This document shows positions 1 to 14,326 of a DNA stretch of 64,000 nt, one piece after another. The stretch's first letter is position 1, and every line of letters begins with the position of its first letter. The notes below the pieces were generated by a model that worked only from the letters and a program-made list of their open reading frames with translations, ran no database searches and was not told the origin of the DNA. The DNA is from Dendrobates tinctorius (Eukaryota). The position numbers and the translations under genes were made by a program. The DNA lies in contig NW_027361775.1 of assembly GCF_039654945.1 (NCBI RefSeq), positions 32,302,001 through 32,366,000 on the forward strand, given 5' to 3'.

Positions 1-210
1 GAGACGAGCGACGAGCGTGGAGCCGGGCGGGAAAACGCAGGATCGCCTAGTGTGACAGGTAAGTAGCGACCCCCGTCCCCAGAGATGTCGCTGGTGAGAT
101 CTGCCTGTGTGGCAGCTCACTAGCGACCACTTAGCGATGTACCAGCGATCCTGACAGCGTCATATCGCTGGTCGGGATCGCTGGTACATCGCTAAGTGTG
201 ACAGTACCTT
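1..210. mobile_element. MITE of the AGCGAT-rich family (partial, cut by the window edge)
   Basis: Nearly identical to 43357-43566; ends GTGTGACAGTACCTT. Confidence 0.85.
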
Positions 211-552
<342 letters not shown>

Positions 553-2078
553 ATGAACCCCACTTGCCACCGCCACAGGGCAAGTGGGAAGAGCCGGGCA
601 AAGCAAAAGAATTGGTCCATTTAATAGATGTGCCTTTTCTGGGCGGCTGCAGGTTGCTATTTCTAGGCTCCAGGGGACAATATCCATGGCCCCTTACCAG
701 CCTGAGAATATGAGCCCCCAGTTGACTGTTTTAGGTTGGCTGGTTGTCAAAAATGGGGGGCCCCACGTCGTTTTTTTTTAATTAGTTATTTAAATAATTA
801 AAAAACAGGGTGGAGACCCCTCTATTCTTGATAACCAACCTTGCTAAAGCTGACAGCTGATGGTAACAGCCTGGCAGGTTATCCAAAATACAGGGGAATC
901 TTTTCACCTTCGATCAGCGCTGCGGGCTCACATTTAACAGCGTGGGAACTGCGGCTGTCTGACTGGCGGTAATTATTTTATCGCCAATCAGAGGCAGTGT
1001 TTGCCGTGCTGTCATGCACATGACAGAGCAAGAAACAGCCAATGTTCGGGGAGGGGGCCGAACCTGAACAGTAATACAGACTTCTTGGTGAAGTCCGTGT
1101 TCAGTGTCCGTGTCCGAACAGTGGGTGTTCGGTACGGATGCTGAACTTTACTGTTCGGGTTCGCCCATCTCTAGCCTTTACCTTTATTGTGTAAAGAAAT
1201 TATTTTTTCTCTCTCGTGGCATTTCTCTTCCATGTGGTGCCATTGCTGGCAGCTTTGCTAAGGAATGTTAAAGTATTGTCAACTGTCTGCTGGAATCCTG
1301 TTTAATAAATAATTAGACTTAATTGTGGTTGAATTCTTGCTAATCAGAATTTTGCAGTCTAAACTTTAGCTTTGCCCCTAAGACTTTCATTGGGATGTAC
1401 TCCTTTCTGCAACAAGGTCTTGAATTAATTTGTTAGAAAAATACTTTTTTGGTGTGCAAAATAATAAATCTTGTTTGAAATCAATGGTCCACATTTATAG
1501 GACTGCCTAAAGTATGGGATCCCAAGAAAATGTTGATTCTGAAAGGAAAATAAAAAGTTTTCTGAAAAATCTGCTAGGGTGTTCTCACTTATGCTTAGCA
1601 CTGTAGATAAACTGACAGATCGATAGATATATAGATAGATAGAATGTTCCTACTTATAAAGTATCAGACAGACACTTTGTACAAACAGGTTGTTAAAAGA
1701 CAGCACCACGATAAAGTCAGACTGCAGTAAAAGTTAAACAGTCAATCCAATAGTCTTCTAAAACTGAACGGAAAGTCTTGTCTATTTTCTAGTCCAATAT
1801 CGCTACAAAGCAGGTACTGTATATTGCTAAAAAAAGAATATTTGCAATGCAATCAATATATCACACACAGAGGAGTATTAATCCTTATCTATCATGCAAA
1901 AGAATATTAGATTCTAAGCTATCTCCAATGTCAAAATTACTCTTCATTAACTATTGAATTAAAAAGAAATGTATTTCTGTATATTAAGTTTCACATGGTT
2001 AAGAAAGTAATACCTGATCATTCAAAAGGCAGCACCTAAAAGACTGACTGCTGTAAGGTAACACTTGTGTAATATGAC

Positions 2079-2679
2079 TGTTCTGTCTCCGACACAATCA
2101 ATGACTCTTAACTGTTCATTTCTACAACATAAATTCAGTATAATGCTCAGTTTACCACATGTTTTAATGTTTATTGTTTCCAGCTCCATCTAGTGGCCAA
2201 AAGTTATAACTGCATGATATTATGCATTGTATTTCCTGTATTATTTCCCTCCAATTCCTAATGTATTCTGGATAACTTTGCAAGGTATCATGGTCTATCC
2301 CAGCCCCCTTTCTCTCTACAGTCGGCCATTTCTTTCAAGTCTGCATACTGGAAGCACCTCATTGCTTTACTCCCCTTGTGTTAGCATCGGTGGTATGTAA
2401 TCATTCTCTATGTATATTCTGTCTGCCTTATATTAGCTAGCTTAATTACAACCCCTGCTCAGCTAGTAGTTCATATTGTATGTTATGTATAATGTACATT
2501 TCCATGAACCTAATACTAATCCTATGTATCTGTTTCTGTTTGTAGCTTTACCACACACATCTATACATACGTTCAATAAACCACAGATTCAACTACAGTC
2601 TCCCTTATTGGACCCCGGTATAGCGGTTTAGATGCTTGTTAAGCTATATGAATCCCGTTCATTTAGTGAGGACATGACA
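2079..2679 (+). mobile_element. Solo LTR (601 bp)
   Basis: TGTTCTGTC...GACATGACA, 5-bp TSD ATGAC, AATAAA at 2575. Confidence 0.75.
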
Positions 2680-2910
2680 ATGACAGTGCCTAGTTATATA
2701 AACAGGAGGGTTTAGCGCAGAAATTAATGTTGTACACAACACCAACAGCAAAGGAGCATTACATCCTCTTTAGTGATGAGAGAACGTGCTTGGATAAGAT
2801 GTTATCCGGGTATGCTCGGGTGCTAACCGAATGTCTTCGGCGTGCTCGAAAATTACATTCGAGTCCCCGTGGCTGCATGTCTGACAGTTATTCAATAGCC
2901 CAAACACATT

Positions 2911-3174
2911 TTATTTATTTTACTCACTTATATAGCACCATTAATTCCACAGCACTTTACAGACATTATCATCACTGTCCCCGATGGGGCTCACAAACTA
3001 GATTCCCTATCAGTATGTCTTTGGATTGTGGGAGGAAACTGGAGAACCCGGAGGAAACCCATGCAAACATGGAGAGAACATACAAACTCCTTGCAGATAT
3101 TGTGCTTAGTGGGATTTGAACCCAGGACCCCAGCGCTGCAAGGCTGCAATGCTAACCAAAGAGCCACCGTACCC
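2911..3174 (-). mobile_element. tRNA-derived SINE (V-SINE-like)
   Basis: tRNA-like head with A/B boxes (GGTTCAAATCC), central GGGTTTCCTCCGGGTTCTCC domain, LINE-like tail ending AATAAA. Confidence 0.85.
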
Positions 3175-4117
3175 ATACAGGGTAATCCTTTTATTAACAT
3201 TAGGACTGACAGCCTGTAATCAGTCACTGTAAGGGTAAGTGAAAAGGGTAAGCAACCGGCAGCGCTTTGGACGCAGTACATGTCTGCTGCGTCCAAAGCG
3301 CTGCCAGCTTTTGAATGCAGGTGAATCCGCATGTGATCACTGAACTGTGCGGAATCACCACGTCCTATACATTGTAGGGGAACATTTATCTTGCGGAGCC
3401 TCACGTCTTTGCAAGATAAATCGACATGCTGCAGTCTGGAAAGACTTCACGGGTGATCTGTAGGCAGCGGTGCACGCATAGTGGGCATGGGACTTCTTGA
3501 AATCCCATCCACTATGCTGTAACATCTGGACGCTGCCGGTTGGACATTGCAGATGTATGCAGTGTCCAATCCGCAGCATTTACTGTCTGTGGGAAAGTAC
3601 CCTTAAGGGTATATGCAGAATATCTGTGGCTATGTAGTAAGGCGCTATTCTACTGCACCACAATGTAATATACAGTATATTACTGAGCATCTCCCAGAAC
3701 TAAGCTTCCTACAGAAACAAGTCGGACTCACTGTGCGGTCAAATACTATACTGTACCCCCAAAAACACCTTTCCACTTTCTTATCCCTCATCCCCCTCTG
3801 GTAACTCCCAAAGCAGAGTACCGCGGCTGAGAAATACAGCAGAACAGAGATATATCCAACTGTAAAGCTTCCCGCAGCTTTTCTGACTTTTATTTCATTT
3901 CTTATTTTAGGTTCACATGTAGGGAGGTCAGAGCCAATTACCCGACATCTCTACACAGCACGACATCTCCCGTTATGGATAACAATGATGTTTATGGCAG
4001 AATAAAGCATGCAATCACCGACAAACAAGCATTTTACTCATTTGCTGAGCAACTGTCAGCATGTTTAGACAAGCTAATAACAGGAATGGAGTGATCCTAC
4101 GAATGGGTTGAACGCAC

Positions 4118-5218
4118 TGTGATGCATTGACCCCTCTTACAGCTAGGGGGCGCTGTGTGGGCTCCCCAGGACATGCATGCAGGCGATTTCTTTATTGTGA
4201 TGTGGAAACAGTGACCGGCATGGTTATAAATGGCCGATATGTATCACAGGGGTGGGTGGCACTGTGATGGAAGCCTGGGCATGTTTTGATTAGCAGATCT
4301 ACTGCTGACGGTTTTTGCTTTACATTGGGAGGCTTCCAGGTGACTTGGAGGGATGGGTGGGTTCAGTCACCTACAAACCCACCTAAGGGCGTGTGTCTGA
4401 ACACCCAAGATAAAGCCTGTGTGTGTGGCTGTGTGTAAAAGGACCTGCAGTGAGGTCATGACCATGTGATCTACACCTCACCTGTGGGTGTGGTTACGAA
4501 CCATATAATGTGACCGAGGTCTGGTCACATGGGGAGAGTATATGGACCTGATTGGTTCGTGTAGAAGGTCCTGGAAGGCCTAAGTGTTGGAAGGTGTGCT
4601 ATCTCCCTGAAAGAGCACGTGGTAGGCTTTGGACCCGGCGAGGCCGGTGTGTTGGGAGATCCTGGGAGTAGGAACGGATCCCTGAATAGCACCCGGTGAG
4701 GCTTGCGCGTTGGACGGTCCCAAGAGGGAACGGACGTCCTGAATAGCACCCGGAGTGGCCATGTGTGAGCAGAGTCTGTGACGGCCTGTGTTGGGAAGCT
4801 ACCGATCTTCTGCGGGTCTGGACTGTTAGGAGTGCCTTGGTCACAAGACGGTGATCCCAGGAAGGCAGCTTCCCTGGAAGAGAGAGAACTGACAAGGAGT
4901 CAGCGTCTGGAGCAGGAGCTCCTGTAAGGTACCTCCACAGACTGTTGGTGCTTGGTATGTTCTATGAACGTTAATTAACTGTTTGGCGTGCGGTCGCCCA
5001 TGATTATTGGACAGAGAGGTCCAGTGTGTTTAGGGACTGCAAGGAAAAGCCATATCCTGTAAGTTACTATGGACTATGTGATGAGTAACATGTTCCTCAG
5101 CAGTTTATGATGGCATAATAAACTGCATTGGACTGTAAGTAAGAAAGTGTTCCTGTGTGCCTAAAATCTCGCAGCCAAGTGAGTGTCCCCCAACACAAAC
5201 AGTAAGCGCTGCTTTACA
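4118..5218 (+). mobile_element. Solo LTR (1101 bp)
   Basis: TGTGATGC...GCTTTACA, 4-bp TSD GCAC, AATAAA at ~5117. Confidence 0.72.
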
Positions 5219-6537
5219 GCACCTTTAGCAATAGACTAGAGGAACTTGTCACATACATCTAACTTTCCCACTTCCCTATCCACCAGATCTAGCTCCAAGA
5301 ATGTCAAACCACGTGGGGTTAATTTCCTTTCTCTGATGGAGTAGCTAAGAAGAATTATCATATTTAATGTAATCAAGTGATAAGCGATGGGCTAAATGAT
5401 GCTGAAGTTTTAATTGCCATGCCGGTTCCATGCGCCTGCCCACGAGCAACGTGGTGACAAAGCGGTCAGATTACAGACGAGAGGCAGGATTCCCGGGCTG
5501 GAAGCCGGTTACAAGAAGTGGCAGCTTTAAATGAATTTCCTGAAATGACTGTATCTGCGTGCCAGTTGCAAAATGTCAAATATGTCTGAAAAAAATGTAC
5601 GAATAGATCTGCAAGAAACATTACGATTAATATGTAAAACAGAAAAAAATGGAGCGGGAGGTTCGCTTTAATGCCGTCCAAATAATGAGGAGTTATTCAC
5701 ACACGCAAATCCAGATGAATCCAGATTCTTGATGAAAGTGGAGGAGCGCAGGGGGGATATTGTCAGTCAATTACACATACTTTTCTTGGCACACTATTAT
5801 TACATACAAAATATATACAAAACTTGTTTTTCCTTCCTTCTTTTCACATAAAAAGACCATATCACCGAAAAACCCCAATGATCACGTAAATTCTTCCCTC
5901 CCATGTGTACGGCAATCTGTGAGGTCCGTCGCCTGGGCCGATCTATCAGAGCATGACAGCCTGAAGCACATAGTAAAGGTGAAGACCGGCAAGGACATGC
6001 TGCAAGTAGGATTAGTTATGGAGAGTCCAAAGTCCAGCCCCCTAATTCCGTCATTTTCCCAAGGGGATGAGAGATCGTGACTGTCGTGGAGGCAAAACTG
6101 CAAAAAACACTTCATTTTTCAGGGTGCAGCCAGGCCCAGCATTTGGGCCTTGTAAAACTAGGGTATCTGGTCTCCAGGGATGCATCTAGATAACGCTGGG
6201 CAGCCCACCTGATCTAATAGTGTGGGCGTCTAATAGTAATATTACCTGTGTGTGACCAGCGCCCTATATAAGCCACCTTTGTGCAATCTAACCCTAAGCA
6301 GTCACCCCTCCATGAGTTGATAGATTGTGAGTGGCTGTCTCATCAGTATTTTGCACCTGTGTTGCCGCCATCTTTATTACATGGGTTTGCTGCATCCTGA
6401 CAGTGCACTAGTTCTGAGACCTGGACAGGGAAGCACTGCTGCCTTTGTGCTGTATTATGTATTAATTCTTGAATTTTGGGAGGATTTTTTTGTCCTCTTT
6501 TAGTGGTTTTTCTACTAATACATACTACCACTGGATT

Positions 6538-7702
6538 TGCAGCACCCGGGCGCGCGCGGGCAGCGTGAGGGAGTGCGAGCGCGGTGCAGGACTGTGGGGT
6601 ACTCAGTACCGGGCCCGTCGACTTTAATGGGGGGCGGTGTCACGGCGGCGGCGACCCAGTCCGTGGCCCTGGGGCGTCCATTAAATAAAAATAAAAAAAA
6701 AATGAACATAAAGTTTATAGATGATTAAATACGTGACGCCACCTGTGGTATTCTGGTCAGAGATGACCAGCGCTGTGGTGTTGTTCCCCTGAGACTGTTG
6801 ATGTGGCGCAGCTGAGGTGAAAATGGCTCTCCACAGGTAGAGCAATAGTCCCAGGGCAAAGATGTTTGATTAATAATTAAGATGGCTGTGAACGTTGGGG
6901 TGCAGAGAAATGAGAGGAGGACACAGAGAGGTGCAGTTTCTTTACCTTTTACTGGTAATTGGTTGCAATCCCGAGTACCACATACAGGTAATGGAATGAG
7001 TCCGGCTCGCCTGGAGGCATTCAGGGGATCCACCTTGCCAGGTGGGGGTTTAGGACCCTCCTTCTGCACTTTGTGTGTGGGTCTCCGCTATTTATAACTA
7101 TGCTGCGACCCTCAATTGCGTGATGATTTCACTAACGTGTACGGCTGTCAGCATGAGCCTATTCCACGGGTACCGTCCTTTTCACAGTCAGCCCCGGGCT
7201 CCTTATCTGCTGCCGTGCCCTCAGGTGCTCAATGTCGCACAGGAATTTACAATCCCCTGTACTTTCAGATTCAGTGGTCAGGACATACAGCTCCTGACCA
7301 CCAAGGACTCTGGCGTCCCTTTCTCTCTAATAGCGCTTTGCACTGGGGGCTGCTATACGCAGTTTGTAGCTTCCCCAGAGCCCCTTCTCACAGATCAGCT
7401 CCCTGTCTTGAACTGACTGGATCTTCCAGAAAGATCTTTTTACCTCATGTTTAACCATCTTGTCATTTCTCCTCACAGCTGCTCTCGTTTCCATGACAAC
7501 CCTCTCAGCTCATTTCCAGCTGACTCACCAACCCCCTCTGCTGGCCAGAATTTATAAGGCAGCTCCCTTTTCTGACCTGCAGCAGGAATTGTGATTTAAT
7601 CTATGTTACCTGGCATTGGGGTCCCCTTTCTGCCTCCAAGCATGACTTCACCTCTTAGAGGGAGGCAATGTCACTGTGACAACCTGACTCTGGGGTGTCA
7701 CA
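6538..7702 (-). mobile_element. Probable solo LTR
   Basis: TGCAGCACCC...GGGGTGTCACA termini, GC-rich end. No convincing TSD. Confidence 0.4.
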
Positions 7703-8340
7703 TATGTCTGCAATGTTCCCCAATTCTGTAACGGAGCATTGTAAATGGAGCGGATTTCATGGAAAGGAATATTGTAAGAATGAATGCTAGAAATGCCACA
7801 ATGAATTGCCATAAATAAAACATGGAAATGTCATATTCTGTCTTAATTACCAAAGTGCTGTAACTATGCCCAAAATTGCATTATATTGCAAAATAATTGG
7901 ATGGTCAGGGGATATGAATGTTGTGACATTTGTGGCTGTAAGCCTTGGTCTGGCATTCTTTATCCGCTTGATTAATATCCTACTTACCCAGACAATTAGC
8001 ACCATCAGACGCGTCTCATCACATTTCACCTAAGAAAACTTTAAAACCAAACAACTCATGTAAGAAATAACTGAACATGAGATGATAGACATTCGTAATG
8101 TGTATCCAGCAGATTTAGGCTGGCAATACACATTAGATGACTATCAACCCAACTATCCCAACCACTATCCACTGACTCCACTAGAAACCATAAACCCATG
8201 CACAGGGTTAAGGGCATACATCACTGACACCTCTGTAAGTGTCTTATCTCCCATGAGACGCAAAGAAAGGATAGGCTAAAATTCTTCTCTCTTCAAACAT
8301 TTGGCATCAGGGGAGAGTCAGGACTTATCTATAACCCTAA

Positions 8341-8707
8341 GGGTGTGTGCACACGCTGCGGATTCTGCTGCGGATCCGCAGCGGATTTGGCCGCTGCGGA
8401 TCCGCAGCAGTTTTTGCTGCGGTGTACAGTAGCATTCAAACCTATGGAAAAAAAAAACGCTGTGCAGATGCTGCGGAATTTTCCGCGCGGATTTGCTGCG
8501 GTTTCAAAACCGCAAAAATAATTGACATGTCAATTCTTTCTGCGGATTCCGCTGCGGTTTGCCATCTCCTCCATTGTGGAGATGAAAAACCGCAGTGCAA
8601 AACCGCAGGCCAATCCGCAGGTCTTTTGACCTGCAGATTTACCTGCGGATTTTACAAAATTCGCGCGGCCAAATCCGCAGAGCATTCCGCAGTGTGTGCA
8701 CATACCC
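8341..8707. mobile_element. Harbinger-type MITE
   Basis: TAA|GGGTGTGTGCACAC ... GTGTGCACATACCC|TTA; repeated TGCGG/CCGCA motifs. Confidence 0.85.
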
Positions 8708-9204
8708 TTACATTGTCAACTCATCACCCAAATTAATTTAACCAAACATATATGGTCACCCCTCTATTAATAAGAACGGCCGTTAGCAAAAATCTACAAG
8801 GGGTTTCACTAAAAAGTAATTTCATTCAAACTATGCATGCATTGGTGAGAGGGCCATAAAACTAGAGCCGATTAGTGTATCTCTTCAGTAGCGCGCAGGG
8901 TCAGCTGGAGCCTTCCTGCTGCTGCCAGCGTTCACGTGTACCGATACTTAAGAGAAATGAATAATCTGAATATTCAGATCTCTTAAGTATCAGCACACAT
9001 GCCGGTAGCAGCAGGAAGCCGGTGGCTGACACTGCGTGCTACTGGAGAGCAATGAATACTCACTGCTCTCTGTGATGAACAGTCCCGGTGAGTAATCCGG
9101 CATGCGCTGTTTACAAGCTTAAGCAGCTGCTGGCAACGGGGCAGGATGCTGCGAGGGAGCGCCGGGTAGGTAAGTGTAATGGTTTGTTTTTATTAATCTT
9201 TTCT

Positions 9205-9625
9205 GATGGGGCCATGCATACCAAGAACGGGATGGGGCCAATCATACCAGAATAAGGATGGGACCAATCATACCAGGAACGGGATGTGGCCAATCCTACC
9301 AGAAAAAGGATGAGACCAATCAAACCAGGAACAGGAAGGGGCCATGCATACCAGTATAGCAATGAGGGTGATCATTCCTGCCAGGATAAATATGAGGGGG
9401 ACCATTCCTACTAGGATAGGGATCAGGGGGCCATGCATACCAGGATAAGGATGAGGGAGCCATGCATACCAGGATAGGGATGAGGAGCCATGCATACAAG
9501 GATAGGGATGAGGGAGCCATGCATACCAGGCTAGGGATGAGGGAGCCATGCATACAAGGATAGGGAAGAGGAGACCATGTGTATCAGGATGGGGATGAGG
9601 AGACCATATTTACCAGGATGGGGGA
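9205..9625. repeat. ~29-bp minisatellite inside a pogo/Tigger-like MITE remnant (ends ...AAATACGGTA at 9742)
   Basis: Unit GGGAGCCATGCATACCAGGATAGGGATGA, roughly 14 degenerate copies. Confidence 0.8.
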
Positions 9626-10476
9626 TATTAAGTACAGAAGTGACCATATTTTTTGCTTCAGTTTTTTTTTTCCTAATTTCCTCCTCTAAAACCTAGGTGC
9701 ATCTTATGGTCTGGTGTGTCTTATAGTCCGATAAATACGGTACATCCAACAACCTCAGATCCTGACGAGATGTTCTAGAGATTTTTTTAGTTTGTGAATT
9801 TTTTTTTTAACAAAATGTTGTTGAATAAAGTTAGTTATATTTATGTATGAATTTTATACAAGCTAATATTACAAATAACCAAGTATTTATAGGTTGTTAA
9901 TGGCACAATGGATACTCTTGACTGATTGCCATTAATGGTAAACATGGATATGTGGCTTCCAATTCAAGTTTGCGTTCTAAGTCTATGATACTGTCTCCTA
10001 CCTGTCACACGTACAGCTGACCATTAGGGCCAACAGATTGTAGATTATGTAGGTAAAGATCACGGCAGTGATTGTTCCTCTTGGTATGGAATAACTTGGG
10101 TTTTTCAAATCCCCTGAGGTTAAAAAGATAATGCAAAGGTTAGTAAATTAACATTTTTTAACCTATACAGCAGCAACTAGAATAAAGAAAAGACAATTTC
10201 CTGTTAACATTTCCAGGTCAGCTTTTTACTCAGATTCAATCTATGGTATAGTATATAAAATAACAAAATGAGCTAGTAATACATTATAAATGGCCAATTC
10301 ATTGATTTTTTTATAGTCTACTGTCTTGCATATGCGCCTCTGTTTAAAGATTTGCAGTGAATAAATAGGACTAGTGTAGCGTGAGACACTGCTATCGATA
10401 TTGAATGAATTCTGCGCTCAATGAATGAACTGGGAGAGAAAATGCAAACAACAAACTAAAGACAAATGACCCTTAC

Positions 10477-10584
10477 CTGACATGTTTGATCCAGCCATAA
10501 TCCCAGTGCAACCATTGAACATGACGGCAAAGACTATGGTGAAGCTCATCATTCTTCCCGTAGTGTAGTCTCTGCCATACTGAG
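10477..10584 (-). CDS. SLC12A9: SLC12A9-type exon (108 bp, phase 1/1)
   Basis: Not in the ORF track. Read manually as [37 protein letters not shown]; the [10 protein letters not shown] motif is typical of SLC12A9. Acceptor ttatAG, donor GTAAGG at 10476-10471. Confidence 0.92.
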
Positions 10585-11074
10585 CTATAATAAAGATATT
10601 ATGTACAAATGATTGAGCGACACAGAGAGGTATATGTATCTAATGACATTGCCTTGACAAGACCTACATCTCAGGAGAGAAACATTGTAGGCTCATGAAT
10701 ATTAAATGGTCAATGTCGAATCAACAAATGTTACATAGATCAATAGTGTAGGTAAATTAAAGAAACTTTGTAATACATCTCATCACCATCTATATCTGCT
10801 CAACTCTCCCTTTCAGAATAACTTTTCACCTCCCCCCTACATCTAGAACTTACCATCCATTCTAAAAAAAGAAAAAAAATAAACAGCTCACATCCATTTC
10901 GGTTAATGCAACATGGACTGTTAGCTCACTGAGGTATCAGATTTCAGCTACTATAGGACAGGTCAGGTAAATTGTGCTTAAATTAATGCGTGATGTAGGT
11001 TATCTCAGAGCTGTATTCACAGCTACACAGCTCGGTAGTGCTATATAATTTCCTCTATGCTGCTGCTACCTCTA

Positions 11075-11483
11075 AAGGCCCTTTTACATTTAGCGATGCA
11101 CCAGCGATCCGACCAGCGATCCGACCCGGTCAGGATCGCTGGTGCATCGCTAAATGATCGCTAGTGAGCTTTCATACAGAAAGATCTCACAGCGATGCAG
11201 CAGCGACGCAGCGCACGATACTCACCTTTCACACACAGCGATCCAGGTGTCCTCCCACCCGCCTCCACGCGTCGCTCGTCTCACACAGCAGGAAGCCCAA
11301 CAGGAAGCGCCCGACGAGAAATGGAGCCGGACATTCTCGCGCGATCAGCGATGGACAGCGGGGGAGCCGGTCGGAGGTAAGTATCACACATAGCGATATC
11401 GCTAGCAATATCGCTATAACGTCACAAAATCAGTGACGTTTTAGCGATATTGCTAGCGATATCGCTATGTGTAAAACCCCCTT
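11075..11483. mobile_element. MITE of the AGCGAT-rich family
   Basis: TIR AAGGCCCTTTTACA / TGTAAAACCCCCT; internal sequence homologous to the 43170-43566 copy in inverse orientation. Confidence 0.88.
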
Positions 11484-11990
11484 TATAAAGATGAGCAGGA
11501 ATTCCTCTGTCTGTGTACTGTGTATGGGAGAAATTAAAGCAGAAGGTTTCCTCTCACAGAGAGAACTGAAAATGACAGAGTCTGCAGAAGAGAAAACAGA
11601 TGAAACATGCTATATACAAGTCATATAATGGCCATACTGTAGATAATGTTATTCCTTTTGTACAGACACAGAAGATCTTATTCTGAAAAGTTACCTGAAA
11701 TAAAAGGTATGCTTTGAGACGTTCTTATTATAACCATTAAAAGGGATTGTTTCATTAAAGCAGTCTCTTTCATGGTAATTATGGTCACTTTTTCACACAT
11801 GGCCCTGTAGGTTTGGATTTCTTTTTCCCTTAATAATAAAGACCTTCACTTAAAAACTGCATTTTGTGTTTACTTCTGTTATCTTTGTCTAATATTTCAA
11901 TTTATTTGGTAATCTGACACATTTAAGTGTAACAAACATGCAAAAGAAAAGGAAATCATGAAAGGGCAAGCTTTCACACATGGCTCTGTA

Positions 11991-12384
11991 AAGGCCCTTT
12001 TACATTTAGCGATGCACCAGCGATCCAACCAGCGATCCGACCCGGTCAGGATCGCTGGTGCATCGCTAAATGATCGCTAGTGAGCTTTCATACAGAAAGA
12101 TCTCACAGCGATGCAGCAGCGACCCAGCTCACGATACTTACCATTCACACACAGTGATCCTGCGTCCTCCCGCCCGCCTCCACGCGTCGCTGGACGTCAC
12201 AGCAGGAAGCAGACGACGAGAAATGGAGCCGGACATTCTCGCGCGATCAGCGATGGACAGCTGGGGAGCCGGTCGGAGGTAAGTATCAGACATAGCGATA
12301 TCGCTAGCAATATCGCTATAACGTCACAAAACCAGTGACGTTTTAGCGATATTGCTAGCGATATTGCTTAGTGTAAAACCCCCT
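11991..12384. mobile_element. MITE of the AGCGAT-rich family
   Basis: Near-identical to 11075-11483; TA-flanked. Confidence 0.88.
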
Positions 12385-12502
12385 TAGGTTTGGATTTCTT
12401 TTTCCCTTAATAATAAAGACCTTCATTTAAAGACTGTATTTTGTGTTTACTTGTGTTATCTTTATCCAATATTTACATTTGTTTGGTGATCTGAACAATT
12501 AA

Positions 12503-12840
12503 AGGGAATCTGTCACCCTTTTTTGAGATATCATATAATGATATCATTCAATTGTGTGTCACATAAGGATTCTCTTAGTACTTTTGCTTCCCCCTGACCC
12601 CGCACCTTTCATGTATAAATACCTTTTTTATATCGGTTCAGATGTATGTAAACTGCCGCGGTCCGGTCCGATGGGCGGGGTTTATTCACCTACTCGCCCC
12701 CTGCCTGTCTTTGTCTACGCATTTCTTCTTGTGTAGAGCAAGACAGGGAGGGGGCGGAGCAGGTGAATAAGAGAATCCTTATGTGACACACAATTGAATG
12801 ATATTTTATGATATCTCAAAAAAGGGGTGACAGATTCCCT
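12503..12840. mobile_element. T2/Kolobok-type MITE
   Basis: TTAA TSD; AGGGAATCTGTCACCC termini; ~75-bp TIRs. Confidence 0.88.
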
Positions 12841-12911
12841 TTAAGTCTAACAAACATGAAAAATAATAGGAAATCAGGAAGGGGGCAAGCACTTTTTCAC
12901 ACAACCGTATG

Positions 12912-13040
12912 AGGGCTATGTGGGGGCTCATACTGTATATAGAGGACTATGTGGGGGCTCATACTGTATATAGTGGTACTATGTGAGAGCTCATACTATA
13001 TATAGGGGGCTGTGTTGGGGCTCATACTGTATATAAAGGG
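12912..13040. repeat. ~32-bp minisatellite
   Basis: Unit GGGCTATGTGGGGGCTCATACTGTATATAGAG, 4 copies. Confidence 0.8.
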
Positions 13041-14326
13041 TGTTGATTTAATTCTGCTCAATATTACATGTTATTAATATTAATTAACAATAATTCCACT
13101 TAATATATTAATATCAAGCAGAACTTATTTCAGCCTATTGGTTTGGCCCTCCACAACAGTCACGTTCGTACATGTGGCTCCTTGGTAAATTGAACTGGCC
13201 AGTACTTATGTAACGGAAGACTGTGCTAATGTTAAGATGACAAATTGCATAACGTATCGCAATTAAAGAAAAGTTAGGGGGGCACGGCCAGGCTGGACAT
13301 GGATTTCTCTGGCAAAAAGAATAATTTTCAAACCCTGAGGGAAACATGAATATCAGTAATAATATGATTCAATATAATTTCATGATGTAACCAACGTGAA
13401 GTCAACATGAGAGAAAGAGTGACTATTGACTGTCTAAAAGAATGTAATCCCCCAGCTTATTCTCTGGCCTGTGTTACCTGGTGGGTTTATTGCCCTTGCT
13501 ATTGGAAGAGTTTCTCAAATAATACCAGGAGTAACTTTTCTGCTGAATAATACGCCCAAACTGCCATTCGCTACTATGGAGTAAAAAAAAACAAAACCCT
13601 CCACTTAAGTCTGCGCTGAACGTTGTCTCTTGCATCCCTGACGAGTCGCTGTGGTATGACGGAGGGCTTTCACTGTGAAATAGGAATCAGCAGGAAAGAA
13701 TGAGCCAAATATGAACTCCAGGTATTTCCTACCATGTAGCTCTCAATATTCATTCAGAGCTTTTTCCTCCTGCGAACGTCCTTATCCTACAGGTCAGGAC
13801 GGCTCTTCGGATAAGTGATATCAGCCCTTTTTTTGGAAACAAATTGATGATTACTGAATCTTTCCACTTCTTGCCAGAATCCCTCAGCGGACTCCTTTAA
13901 TTTCATTTTCTCCTGACCTTTACACTGTCATAATGGAAGATTCATCAGGGAAATGAGATTTACTTCTTTGTTTCACACGCAGATGCTGGAAATGGTTCAC
14001 GTACAGCAATGTGGGTTCAAAGCATTGGAGATGTGAACGAGACGGATCGTGCGGGAAAAGGAATACTACAGTCACACTCATAAAGATGCCTCCGATGAAT
14101 TAGGAACCTCATTACGCTCTTTATTTCACACAAACAGAAGAACATTGCAGAGAGTAAGAACCCGTCAATGGGATCCATCTGCAAGTGTCTCACTAATACC
14201 TATAGAAAGGCACGTTACATGTATGGAGGGCAGTGCGGAATTCAACATTAAGCCCTATTTCTCAGATACCACATTGTCCTTAGATATCATTCATCAGCTC
14301 TACAGTCTGTAGCTCTGTATACTTAC

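Noticed and set aside
9111-9553. Hydrophobic repetitive ORFs
   Set aside because: Translations of the 29-bp minisatellite.
9205-13040. CRISPR-like arrays
   Set aside because: The repeats are contiguous minisatellites without unique spacers, the context is eukaryotic, and no cas genes are present.
13636-13666. CTGACGA-GTC...GAC hammerhead-like start
   Set aside because: Followed by GGAG rather than GAAA, with no stem III or NUH site.
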